Assembly: GCA_007376135.1 (NCBI GenBank)
Contig: VMFR01000002.1
Coordinates: forward strand, 221,870 to 285,869
Length of the DNA stretch: 64,000 nucleotides
Reading direction: 5' to 3'
From: Parcubacteria group bacterium Gr01-1014_31
GTDB taxonomy: Bacteria > Patescibacteriota > Patescibacteriia > Buchananbacterales > GWA2-38-13
Below are positions 17,612 to 26,735 of the stretch, piece by piece. Position numbers and translations under genes: made by a program. The notes under the pieces were generated by a model. It was not told the origin of the DNA. It worked only from the letters and a program-made list of their open reading frames with translations, and made no database searches. The number at the start of each line of letters is the position of its first letter. The first letter of the stretch is position 1.

Positions 17612-17764
17612 ATATTCATCGATATTTCATCATAACCCTGGCAACGGTTTTACGCAACACTGGCATAAAAGACGGTCCTGCTGGCCGGATTTTTTAGCCC
17701 CGGTACGGTTTAGCGCCAGCCAAAGTACTGCCGGAACGGCCGGCAGTTTATTTTGAGAGGTAAC

Positions 17765-17797
17765 TCTAAAAAAACTCACCGACGAGTTGCCGGTGAG
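17765..17797 (-). terminator. rho-independent terminator for 17811..18293 (CTCACCG-gcaactcgt-CGGTGAG + T7 on minus strand)
   Basis: seen directly. Confidence 0.6.
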
Positions 17798-17810
17798 GTT
17801 CAGGGTCCCC

Positions 17811-18293
17811 CTACTCGAGATCGAGGCCTTCCTCCTCGAGGAGCTGCGTGAGGTCGATGTCCAGGAGGTCGTCCTCCTGGGGATCGGACAGGCAGGCCCA
17901 GAGGTTGGCGGGCAGCAGCTTGTGCCACTTCTCGCGCAACCACATGATCTCTGGCCCCTTGAGCGCGCCGGTGACCGGCCGGAACCAGGTGAAGACCCAG
18001 TCCGTGCCCGTCGAGATGTCGCCCCGATCATTCACGCCCGTAGCGTGATGAAAGGCGGCGAATCCGACGAGCCGTTCGGATCCCAAGACGATCTCGGGAC
18101 CATCCTTGGGGTGAAGGGAGAGTCTCCATGGGCCGGGTCCGGAGATCCAGCGCGCGGGAGGGCGTTTCTCCGTTTCGACTCCGAGGTGGGCGCGCAGGTC
18201 GCCGCTGGGCGTGAGGGTCCACGCGACGACGGTGTCCGCCCCCCGGGGGATGGGGGGAAGGTGGTTGGGGTACGTCATGACCGAAGCCTCCAT
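17811..18293 (-). CDS. hypothetical protein with acidic C-terminus
   Basis: protein-like composition vs G/R/P-rich antisense ORF 17787..18299; own terminator. Confidence 0.5.
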   Translation of the reverse strand: MEASVMTYPNHLPPIPRGADTVVAWTLTPSGDLRAHLGVETEKRPPARWISGPGPWRLSLHPKDGPEIVLGSERLVGFAAFHHATGVNDRGDISTGTDWVFTWFRPVTGALKGPEIMWLREKWHKLLPANLWACLSDPQEDDLLDIDLTQLLEEEGLDLE

Positions 18294-18622
18294 CTATGAG
18301 GAGGCCGGATACGACGCGCATCTCGGCGACACACCGAGATGAAAATCGCACGGCTGCATCCGGTCGCTCCGACGATTAGGTGGATGCAACAATGTTACCG
18401 GCCCGATTTCCGGCAACTACGAATAGCGCCCGAGCGGGCGAGCCTGAGGAGGCAACGGGAAGGTTGCAAGCTATCGATGCACCGTGGAACATCCCCAACG
18501 AACACTGTAAGGAGCGAAAATTGATTCTAACACAATCCCACGTAATGTCAAGGGATTGGACCATAAAATTTTGCAGCTAGCCCGCGGCGAGAGCTGTGGG
18601 TCTGCGTCCATGATTGGTACGT

Positions 18623-19048
18623 TCAGCGCCAGCCAAAGTGTCGCCGGAACGCGCGGTATTCTTCGCGCGAGAAAAAATCGTTCGGATGCCCTTTGCATTC
18701 TTTGGGGTCAAGCCAGCGGTATTCGCCGTGTTCGAACGAGAGGCGGATGCGGCCGCTTCGATAGCGCGCTTCATAAACGGTGATGAGCACCATGGTGTTG
18801 AACTTCGCCACCGGCCGGCGATACTGCAGCAGTGGGCCTCCGAGGCGGTAGCGGACGCTCCCGCCCAACTCTTCACGCACTTCCCGCGCCAGGATCTTTT
18901 CCAGCGGGACGCGGTCCTCGACGGCATCCACGCGGCCGCCCGGCAGGTCCCATTTTTTGCTGTTGGGCGTTTTCAGCAATAGAATTTTCCGCCCGCGGCG
19001 CAAGAGGATCTTAAAGGCGACCTGGTAGGAGGCAAAGGCGCGGGGCAT
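18623..19048 (-). CDS. NUDIX hydrolase
   Basis: Nudix box GGRVDAVEDRVPLEKILAREVREELGG. Confidence 0.85.
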   Translation of the reverse strand: MPRAFASYQVAFKILLRRGRKILLLKTPNSKKWDLPGGRVDAVEDRVPLEKILAREVREELGGSVRYRLGGPLLQYRRPVAKFNTMVLITVYEARYRSGRIRLSFEHGEYRWLDPKECKGHPNDFFSREEYRAFRRHFGWR

Positions 19049-19049
19049 A

Positions 19050-20183
19050 CTAGCGGCGGACGATCTTTTTGAGCCCCCATTTCGCCAGCAGCCACAGCTG
19101 CCGTATGCTGGCGTCGGTAAGGATACTGATTACCGTGGCGAGCCGTGGCTGTTCGGGGCTGAGCCGTAAACGCAGCCCGGAGCAGCGTCGCGACAGTTCC
19201 ATCGCCTGCGTGGCGAGCAGGTCCAGGTAGTGTTCCTCCGCGCTGTAGGCGGACTGCCCTTCGCCGCGCGCTGCGGCGCAGAAGCGTTCCAGAATAACAG
19301 CCAGCCCGATCTCGTCGTCGGAGAATTTCGCGCCCGCGTAGGGGTTGTCCCAGGCGCTCAAGACGCGCGCGCCGTTCTCGCACTCCAGCCGTTGCAGGTC
19401 GCCCTGCAATCCGCGGCGCAGGAAATGGAATTCATCGAAGGTCGCGCCTTCGCGCAGAAATACCGTGTCACCAAAGATGCCGCCGCCTTCGGCTTCAATG
19501 TTGAGCGACCGCAGCGGGGAGCGGCGCGGCAGGTTTTTCGACGACGGGCCAAACAGCATGGTGGCGTGCTGGTCGTTCTGGAATTTGAAGTTCGTCTGCG
19601 TCGCCTGCGTGCCGTCGGGCTGGGGCATGGTCCAGGCGCGCAGCGCGATCAACCGGCTGTTGGGGAAATAGCGGCGCAGCTTGGCGACGCCATGGTAGGC
19701 AAACGTGTGGTGGTGGTTGTCGGCGGCAATGACCTTGCCCAGCTGGCCGCTGGCGATGATTTGGCGTTTCAATTGTTCCTCGGGGTAAAAGACCTGCTGT
19801 TCGGCCGTGGCGACCAGGATTCCCGCAGCGCGGATCTTTTTAATAAGGGCGGTGGCCTTGCCTACCGGGCGGCCTAATGGCGTTTCGTGCAGCAGCGGCC
19901 TGCGGTAGTCCAGCAGTTCGGTCAAAATGTCGGCCATTTGCGCGGGCGGCACCACCACAGTGACCGCGTCCACGCCACCGGCTTGCAATGCCGCGCGCCA
20001 ATCTTCCACCACGGGAAAACCGGCCGCACGCACGGCCGTTTGGCGTTCCGCGTTGCGCGTCGCAACGCCCACGATCTGGAGCACGCCGCGCTGTTGCAGT
20101 TCGCGGAAGACGGGGAGGTAGAGCGTCTGTGTTCGCACCCCGGCGCCGATGTGGAGAATTTTGGTTTGCGGAGCGGTTGCCAT
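19050..20183 (-). CDS. Gfo/Idh/MocA family NAD(P)-dependent oxidoreductase
   Basis: N-term KILHIGAGVRTQ...IVGVATRN Rossmann pattern; start trimmed to MATAPQTK. Confidence 0.65.
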   Translation of the reverse strand: MATAPQTKILHIGAGVRTQTLYLPVFRELQQRGVLQIVGVATRNAERQTAVRAAGFPVVEDWRAALQAGGVDAVTVVVPPAQMADILTELLDYRRPLLHETPLGRPVGKATALIKKIRAAGILVATAEQQVFYPEEQLKRQIIASGQLGKVIAADNHHHTFAYHGVAKLRRYFPNSRLIALRAWTMPQPDGTQATQTNFKFQNDQHATMLFGPSSKNLPRRSPLRSLNIEAEGGGIFGDTVFLREGATFDEFHFLRRGLQGDLQRLECENGARVLSAWDNPYAGAKFSDDEIGLAVILERFCAAARGEGQSAYSAEEHYLDLLATQAMELSRRCSGLRLRLSPEQPRLATVISILTDASIRQLWLLAKWGLKKIVRR

Positions 20184-20197
20184 ACTTGCGTCGCCGT

Positions 20198-20815
20198 TCA
20201 CCGTCCGGCGTTCGGCAGTTTCATCCATTTGTTGGCCGTCAGGTGCCATGCGGCAGGGTCGGCGGTTTGCACGCGGTCCCACAGTTCTTTGGCGGCTGGC
20301 ATGTAAAATTTTTCGTCGCGGATCTTTTGGCGGAAGTGTTGCCACTTGGCGGGCAGCTGCGAGCCGCGTTCCGCCAGTTCCTTGAGCTCGAGATCGATGT
20401 CGAGATTGTCGGCGTCCTTGACGATCTTTGCCTCGCGTGATTTCCGTCCCTCGTACTCCTCGTGCAGCGCGCGGAAGTCTTCCCAGGCCGTGCCGGTGAA
20501 CAGGTCGGTAGCGGCGCGGGGCTCGTCGGCCGCCACATACACTTTCTGCATGTAGCTCAAATCCGAGGTGCGGCTTTCCGCCAGGTCGTGCAACAAGGCC
20601 ATCTTCATCACTTTGGCCTCATCGCAGCCGCCCTCGCGGCGGGCGATCAGCAGGGCCAGAAAAACCACGCGCATGGTGTGCTCCAGCACCGAGGCGCATT
20701 CCATGCCCAGATGCTGCCGCCAGCCCCGCGGCATCGGGCCGAGCGACCCCAACTCAAAAAGGAATTCCAGATCACGGGCAGGGTTTGCCATAGCGTTTGG
20801 AGCGTACCACAACAA
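20198..20815 (-). CDS. HD domain phosphohydrolase (YfbR-like)
   Basis: H...HD...E...D pattern (HTMRVV...LLHDLAE...D). Confidence 0.75.
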   Translation of the reverse strand: MLWYAPNAMANPARDLEFLFELGSLGPMPRGWRQHLGMECASVLEHTMRVVFLALLIARREGGCDEAKVMKMALLHDLAESRTSDLSYMQKVYVAADEPRAATDLFTGTAWEDFRALHEEYEGRKSREAKIVKDADNLDIDLELKELAERGSQLPAKWQHFRQKIRDEKFYMPAAKELWDRVQTADPAAWHLTANKWMKLPNAGR

Positions 20816-20839
20816 CCAGTGCCGCTCAATATTGAATAT

Positions 20840-21868
20840 TCACTCAACCCGGCTGACCGGGGCGCCGAGGCGGTAATTGGCGAAGAACACGTCCGGCAGG
20901 TCGTCCACGCTCTTGGCCCAATTCGTTCCATAGAGGGCAGCGGCCACCTCGGGCGATGTGACCCAGCACAGCTCCCCGCCCCGCGCGACCGCGTAGATGC
21001 GCGGGTCAGTCTGCACTTTCACCAGCCGCACGCCTGGCCGATAGGTAACGTTGCCACCGATGGGCAGCTGCGCCAGAACGCCGGCATCCACCGTCGTGAC
21101 GCCGGAAAAATCCTTGTACCAGCTGAAGTAGACGCGGTCATTGGGAAAGACATACCGCTTGCCGTCCGCGCCGCAGTAGTAGACGGCTGAAAATTCCGGC
21201 GTTTTGATGAGCGTGCCGGACGCGCAGCCCGGGGTGCCGGACGGCGGGGAAAGCCGCTTGTCGTCGTTGATGGTCGGACTTGCCGCGGTTTGCTCATCGG
21301 GGCGGTAACGGGCCGCCATTTCCGACTGCCGCAGGCTTTCGTAGGGATTGATGGGGTTGCCGTCCGGCAACCATATTTCAAAATGCAAGTGTGCGCCGAC
21401 CTGTTCGGCGTTGCCCGAGTCCCCGGCAAATCCGACCACCTGGCCGCGGGCGACAACGGCGTCTTCCACGATGCCCGGCGCGAAGGCATATCCGGGTCCG
21501 CCGTTGCCGTCGTCGGTGCCCGGCGTGTCATTGTTCAAATGCAGGTAGCGGTACTGGTAGCCGTCCGCGTCTTGCAGGTACACGGCATAGCCCCAGGACG
21601 CTTCGGGGATGGTGAGGTAGCGCACGCGCGCGTCGGTGGCCGCGACCACGGGCGTGTGTTTGGCCGTCAGGATGTCCACCCCCTCGTGCGTGCGGCCATT
21701 GCTGCGCGGGTCGCCAAAATTATCCGAGTACGTGTACGCGCCGCTGACGGGAAAAACGATGTCGCGCACCGTTTCGGCGGCGCGCACCCGGGAATTACCG
21801 GCAAGCAGCAGGCATAAAAAAACGACGGTCGTAAGCAGCCGCCAGCGGTGTTGGTGCCTCCGCGCCAT
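20840..21868 (-). CDS. M23 family peptidase with signal peptide and C-terminal domain
   Basis: HEGVDIL, HLHFEIW motifs; N-term signal. Confidence 0.8.
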   Translation of the reverse strand: MARRHQHRWRLLTTVVFLCLLLAGNSRVRAAETVRDIVFPVSGAYTYSDNFGDPRSNGRTHEGVDILTAKHTPVVAATDARVRYLTIPEASWGYAVYLQDADGYQYRYLHLNNDTPGTDDGNGGPGYAFAPGIVEDAVVARGQVVGFAGDSGNAEQVGAHLHFEIWLPDGNPINPYESLRQSEMAARYRPDEQTAASPTINDDKRLSPPSGTPGCASGTLIKTPEFSAVYYCGADGKRYVFPNDRVYFSWYKDFSGVTTVDAGVLAQLPIGGNVTYRPGVRLVKVQTDPRIYAVARGGELCWVTSPEVAAALYGTNWAKSVDDLPDVFFANYRLGAPVSRVE

Positions 21869-21880
21869 ACGCTCCCTTGG

Positions 21881-22666
21881 CTACCGTAACCCCCACCAAA
21901 AAGTGACGACGACCGCCAAGGGGAATCCGAGGCAGGTGAAATACCAGGCAAGCTTTCCCAGCTGCGGATGTACCAGGTCGGCGAGGCGAACGAGCAGCAC
22001 AAATCCCAAAAACCAGCCGACCAGCAGTCCCGCGCCGGGAAGATGCGGCCGCTGGAGCGCGGCCGACGGCGCTCCGCCGCCCTTCACGTACCAGTTGACC
22101 CAGCCGTTCCATTTCATAATGCCCACGTGCAACGCGACGAAAACGAACATCAGGCGCACGCCCCAGTGCTGCGCGAACCACCAGAGTTTGCCGCCCATCG
22201 CCTTCATCATCGAGGCGTTGGAAATGGCGACCAGGACCACCAGCAGCATCGTCGCGGCCAGCCCGAAGGCGAAGGGCACTTTGCCGGTGGTGTAGAACCG
22301 AGCGACCGAAAAGTGGTCGCGGAGGAACAAGTACGACGCGGCCACGTGCGCCAGCGCGATGAACGCGCCGATCATACCCAGCTCTTTGCGGTATTTCAGG
22401 AAGCGGTCAAAGGCGGTGAAGTATTTCCCCAGCGGGCCTTGCAGTAGCACGATGCCAAACAGCACCGCGGCCACGCCCGCCAGCGCCTTGTTGGCGATGT
22501 AGAGGTTGTAGTAGCCGCGCCGGTACAGGAGGTAGGTGGAAAAAAGGGTAAACCACACCATGGCGTAGGCAAAGGCCCGGCTGTATTCTAGCTTTTCCTC
22601 GTTGCGCGCCGCCGGCGGAGCCGCGGGCGCGGGAATGGTTTGTTCCATACCTATGTATAGTAGCAT
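21881..22666 (-). CDS. polytopic membrane protein, ferric-reductase-like / MsrQ-like transmembrane domain (tentative)
   Basis: 6 TMs with conserved His in TM helices (ALAHVAASYL, ALHVGIMKW). Confidence 0.4.
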   Translation of the reverse strand: MLLYIGMEQTIPAPAAPPAARNEEKLEYSRAFAYAMVWFTLFSTYLLYRRGYYNLYIANKALAGVAAVLFGIVLLQGPLGKYFTAFDRFLKYRKELGMIGAFIALAHVAASYLFLRDHFSVARFYTTGKVPFAFGLAATMLLVVLVAISNASMMKAMGGKLWWFAQHWGVRLMFVFVALHVGIMKWNGWVNWYVKGGGAPSAALQRPHLPGAGLLVGWFLGFVLLVRLADLVHPQLGKLAWYFTCLGFPLAVVVTFWWGLR

Positions 22667-22736
22667 TTTTCCGTACTGGTGCTGTAGGGAACAAAAAAAC
22701 GGGATGCAGCTCCTGCATCCCGTTCGATGAGGAAAC

Positions 22737-24131
22737 TTAGCGGGAAGGACTGCGGTGGCGGGCCCGGGACCCTTCCGTCTGCCAGACCCGGCGGCCGCGG
22801 CGCGCGTTGCCGTGCGGACGGCTCAGGGTGGAACGGCCGTAGGTTCCGCCGTTCCCGGGGCGCTCTTCCGACCGTCGGGCGTGGCGCGGGGAGCCATAGC
22901 GGCTGCTGCCATGGCCGGCATCGGCGAATGGCGCACGCCGGGCCGGCGCGAAGCGGGGACGCGCGGGCATCGGACGCGCGGGCGCGAGTTCCGGCGGGGA
23001 CGACAGCGTCAAGGTGGTTCTGGTCAGTCGTTCGATATCGCGCACCTGGCCGCGCTGGTCGGGAGCGACGAATGTCACGGCGCGGCCGGTTTTCCCGGCG
23101 CGGGCCGTACGGCCGATGCGGTGCACGTAGTCCTCGGGGTCGTCGGGGATGTCGAAGTTGACCACCAGCTCGATGTCCTGCACGTCAATGCCCCGGGCGG
23201 CAATGTCGGTGGCGACCAAGATGCGGTACTTGCCGGATTTGAATCCCTCCATGGCCGCGCGGCGCTGGCTGAGCGAACGGTTGGAGTGCAGCTCGGTCAC
23301 CTGGTGGCCCATGCCGCCGATCGCGCGGCAGATGCGCTTGGCGCCGTGCTTGGTGCGGGAGAACACCAGGATGGTGCCGTGGTAGCGGGCAACCAAGGTG
23401 TCCAGCAGCCGCAGCTTGTCCTCTTTTTTGACCATAAAGAATTCCTGCTCCACATTCTTGACCAAGGTTCCCGCGCGCGCCACCTCGATCTGCAGGGGGA
23501 GTTGCATGAATTGCGTCGCGAGCTGCACGATCTCTTTGGGCATGGTGGCGGAGAACAACATGGTCTGGCGTTCGCGCGGCAGGGCCTGTAGCACCCGCTT
23601 GATCTGGGGTGCAAAGCCCATGTCCAGCATCCGGTCTGCCTCATCCAGCACCACGATCGTGTGGAGCCCAAGGTCAATGCTCTTCTGCTGGACGTGGTCC
23701 AGCAGCCGGCCAGGGGTGGCCACCACGACGTGCGGCTTGTTGCGCAGGGCCTGCAGCTGCGGTCCCATCGGCGCGCCGCCGATGAGCACCGACGTGCGCA
23801 ACCCCAACGCGCTGCCGATCTTTCGCAGCACTTCGTCCACCTGCAGCGCCAGCTCGCGGGTCGGCAACAGGACCAGGCCGCGCCCCTTGGATTGACCCAG
23901 GCGCTGGATCATCGGCACGCCGAACGCCAAGGTTTTGCCGGTGCCCGTCTGGGCGATACCAATGATGTCCTTGCCGCTGATGGCGACCGGGATTGCCTGG
24001 TGCTGGATGGGCGTGGGTGTGGTGAATCCTTGGCGGGTCAGGGCGGCGAGGAAATTTTCCGCGATACCCAGTCCCGCGAAACTGGTCGGGGTTGGGAGAT
24101 TAGTTGTGGCTTGGGGATGTTTGGCATGCAT
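22737..24131 (-). CDS. DEAD-box ATP-dependent RNA helicase with Arg-rich C-terminal tail
   Basis: Q-motif, GTGKT, DEAD, SAT, HRIGRTARAG. Confidence 0.9.
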   Translation of the reverse strand: MHAKHPQATTNLPTPTSFAGLGIAENFLAALTRQGFTTPTPIQHQAIPVAISGKDIIGIAQTGTGKTLAFGVPMIQRLGQSKGRGLVLLPTRELALQVDEVLRKIGSALGLRTSVLIGGAPMGPQLQALRNKPHVVVATPGRLLDHVQQKSIDLGLHTIVVLDEADRMLDMGFAPQIKRVLQALPRERQTMLFSATMPKEIVQLATQFMQLPLQIEVARAGTLVKNVEQEFFMVKKEDKLRLLDTLVARYHGTILVFSRTKHGAKRICRAIGGMGHQVTELHSNRSLSQRRAAMEGFKSGKYRILVATDIAARGIDVQDIELVVNFDIPDDPEDYVHRIGRTARAGKTGRAVTFVAPDQRGQVRDIERLTRTTLTLSSPPELAPARPMPARPRFAPARRAPFADAGHGSSRYGSPRHARRSEERPGNGGTYGRSTLSRPHGNARRGRRVWQTEGSRARHRSPSR

Positions 24132-24238
24132 AGTTCAGGGGGAAATACAGCAAATTGAGTATACCATATGCTTCCGGTTTCCAAACCGAAAAACAAAAAC
24201 ACCCCCGAGGCGGGGTGTTTTTGCCGAAGTCTGGGGAA

Positions 24239-24844
24239 CTACCGGGTAAAGGTGAAACTTTTTACCATTTCCTCAAAGATGGCCGCGTCCGCGGGGGCGC
24301 CGTCGGCGGAAGTAAAGATGAGGCGGTAGAGCTGGCTGCCTTTGGTGAACTGGTATTCAATGACCACGTAGCCGTTGCGCACGCCCGCATAGCGGTTCGC
24401 GGTTGAGCCGCCAACTGTGGTGCTGGTTTTTTCCAGGTCGACGGTGGCATCGGCGATGTCGGCGGGCGTTTTACCGGAGACTTCAATGACCAGCATCCCA
24501 AGGTACTCGCTGCCCAGCCCCGGCAAGGGATTGCGGTCGGCCATGAAGTAGTCGGTCACCGCCGGGTTGCTCGCAGCGATGTCGTTTTTCATCAGGTGTT
24601 GCCAGTACCATTTTTCCGGCCGGCGGATGCGGTACCCCATCGCGCCGTTCTCGTAATCGGCATAGGTGACGGGCGCGCCGCTGGCCGGGGAACTTGATGG
24701 CGTTGCGCTCACGGTCGGCGATGGCAGCGGTGTGGGTGCCGTGTTGATGTTGCCGTTCTCAATAACGGCGGGTTTCGGCGTACAGCCGGCGAGGAACAAC
24801 AGAGCAGTAATGATTATACCGAATCGAACGATGGGTGAATTCAT
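24239..24844 (-). CDS. hypothetical lipoprotein
   Basis: signal peptide with lipobox LAGC; Pro/Thr/Ser-rich linker. Confidence 0.6.
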   Translation of the reverse strand: MNSPIVRFGIIITALLFLAGCTPKPAVIENGNINTAPTPLPSPTVSATPSSSPASGAPVTYADYENGAMGYRIRRPEKWYWQHLMKNDIAASNPAVTDYFMADRNPLPGLGSEYLGMLVIEVSGKTPADIADATVDLEKTSTTVGGSTANRYAGVRNGYVVIEYQFTKGSQLYRLIFTSADGAPADAAIFEEMVKSFTFTR

Positions 24845-24851
24845 AAGACTA

Positions 24852-25478
24852 TTATTTTATCCAAAATCCAGAAACTTCAGCCAAGAATAATGTGGGTATG
24901 CTCATTAATGTTAGTAGCCAGAGAAAGAAAATGAATTTTAGTATTTTGTAATCTTTAAATTTTAATATTTGGGGTATTGATTCCTTATTGAGTATTGCCT
25001 GTTCAATTTCATCTCCTTCGATAAGCAATTGTTCTGCTCTGGCTGCATAGTCATAATATGATTTCCGGGTTGCAGCTATATGCCTAATTTTTGCGAGTAA
25101 AGTTTTTTGGTGATAATTTTTCAAAGTTTGAGATATGTCTCTGTATTTGATGAATGTCTCAATGGTGAATAGCAAGAAAGATAATGCGACTATGCGTGCC
25201 AATATTTGTATAAACCCTGAGGAGAATTCATCTTTCTTTGCGAATACAATTGTTAGCAGGACTCCGACGAAAGATATGATGGTAAGCTTTATTTTAAGTA
25301 AATAATCATCGAAACTTTTGGAATATTCCATTAAGGTTTTATAGATTTCTGTTTTTTCAATAAATTCTTGTTTTGTTATTTTCTGCCGTTCATCATCGCT
25401 AGCGGCTTCCATATAAATATTTGCTATACAATCAATCTTTTGGCCACCCCACCGGGTTCCCACATTGTCCCGCCTCAC
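24852..25478 (-). CDS. low-GC (about 30% GC) hypothetical 3-TM membrane protein, likely horizontally acquired
   Basis: strong compositional anomaly; Lys/Ile/Phe-rich; 2 TM + cytoplasmic coiled region + C-terminal TM; probable start at MEAASDD (about 25412). Confidence 0.55.
   Translation of the reverse strand: MRRDNVGTRWGGQKIDCIANIYMEAASDDERQKITKQEFIEKTEIYKTLMEYSKSFDDYLLKIKLTIISFVGVLLTIVFAKKDEFSSGFIQILARIVALSFLLFTIETFIKYRDISQTLKNYHQKTLLAKIRHIAATRKSYYDYAARAEQLLIEGDEIEQAILNKESIPQILKFKDYKILKFIFFLWLLTLMSIPTLFLAEVSGFWIK
25445..25466 (-). pseudogene. tRNA-Glu 3'-half fragment (decayed duplicate with 13-nt internal deletion)
   Basis: GCCCCACCGGG..TTCCCACATTG collinear with the intact tRNA at 25579-25650. 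Confidence 0.5.
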
Positions 25479-25561
25479 GGCGGGATGCTCATAATTGCTG
25501 CGAAATTTATTTCACTTCGTTCATAAATTTCGGCAATTATGGCAAAAGCTCGTCCGTATTG

Positions 25562-25668
25562 ATTCTGACAAATTTTTTTAGCCCCACCGGGAATCGAACC
25601 CGGGTTCCCACATTGAAAGCGTGGTGTCCTAGCCACTAGACGATGGGGCCAAAAAAATTTGTCAGAAT
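25562..25668. repeat. perfect 18-bp inverted repeat flanking the tRNA (ATTCTGACAAATTTTTTT ... AAAAAAATTTGTCAGAAT)
   Basis: seen directly; tRNA lies exactly in the loop. Confidence 0.8.
25579..25650 (-). tRNA. tRNA-Glu (anticodon UUC)
   Basis: cloverleaf reconstructed by hand: acceptor GGCCCCA/TGGGGCT, T-arm CCGGGTTCGATTCCCGG, anticodon loop CTTTCAA; discriminator A, CCA not encoded. Confidence 0.85.
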
Positions 25669-25911
25669 ATTAATTTGAGAAATGCCAGTTTGTGGAAGTT
25701 GAGGCCGCGGGCCGAAATCCCGCTATCTTGCGGGATGTGGTGTCTGCCCCGTCGGACCTGTTCCGTCGAATGGCGGGATGACGGGGTCCTAGCCACTACC
25801 CCGCCGCTGGCGGGGCAGGGACGATTCTGCCATAACACGCGTAGCGGGGAGTCCCGCTACCTGGCCTATGATACGGGAGAACGGGTGAATCGTCAATGCA
25901 ACGCTGCGCGC

Positions 25912-26661
25912 TCAATCCCGGCGCGTGAGAACGAAATTGCGGGTGCCAAACCACTGCGCCATGCGGTCGGTGTAGGTAACCCCGGCGCTATTGAGGGAAA
26001 GTTCGTAGGCGACCCACTGGCGCAGGTATTCGTCCTGTCGTTCTTTCGGCACAGCCTTGGACAACTCTTTCAGCGCGTAGAGATTGAAGAATTTTTCTTC
26101 CTGGATGGCGAGGCCGGCATCATTGAGCCAGGTTCGGAAATCGTTCTCGCGGACGAATGCTTGGTAGTCGGCTTCGTTGCCGCGCATCGCCCGCCAACGC
26201 CTGCGCCAGTCGCGGAAGCGTTCGCGCCACGGATAGTTGCCCTGCAGCCGTGCCAGGAAATGGCCGGCGTCGTAGTTGAGGTACATCACCGTGCCGGGCT
26301 GCAGCCAGCGGGCGCAGGTGCGCAGGTACCGCGGGCGCTGGTAGACGTGTTCCAGCACGCTGAACGAGACCACGACATCGAACCGTTCGTTAGCTGTAGG
26401 CGCGACATCGTAGACCGGCGTGGTGCGGATGTCGGCGTTGCAGCCCCTGAGAGCGGTTTTCGCGCGCGCGCAGGCGGCCGCATCGGGGTCCAGGCCGACG
26501 TAGCGCACTTGCGGGAACGCGCGCAGCAAAAGCGCGAAGTGGAGGCCGTCCCCGCAGCCCAGGTCCGCGATGCTCAGTCGCCCGCCGCGCTGGGTAATGA
26601 GCTGGGCGATACGGTCGAGGCAGTAGAGTTTTGCGGCGTTGCCGCCGGTCCAAATATCCAT
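25912..26661 (-). CDS. class I SAM-dependent methyltransferase
   Basis: motif I IADLGCGDG; Methyltransf_11/23-like post-I motifs. Confidence 0.8.
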   Translation of the reverse strand: MDIWTGGNAAKLYCLDRIAQLITQRGGRLSIADLGCGDGLHFALLLRAFPQVRYVGLDPDAAACARAKTALRGCNADIRTTPVYDVAPTANERFDVVVSFSVLEHVYQRPRYLRTCARWLQPGTVMYLNYDAGHFLARLQGNYPWRERFRDWRRRWRAMRGNEADYQAFVRENDFRTWLNDAGLAIQEEKFFNLYALKELSKAVPKERQDEYLRQWVAYELSLNSAGVTYTDRMAQWFGTRNFVLTRRD

Positions 26662-26735
26662 ATGGCCATTATAGGAGGAACCTGAGGCACAAACCAGCCG
26701 GCGCTTGGCGCGCCGGCTGGAAGTTTATGGGCTGG

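Noticed and set aside
17787-18299. 170-aa plus-strand ORF overlapping 17811..18293
   Set aside because: G/R/P/D-rich antisense-type composition. The minus-strand ORF has protein-like composition and its own terminator.
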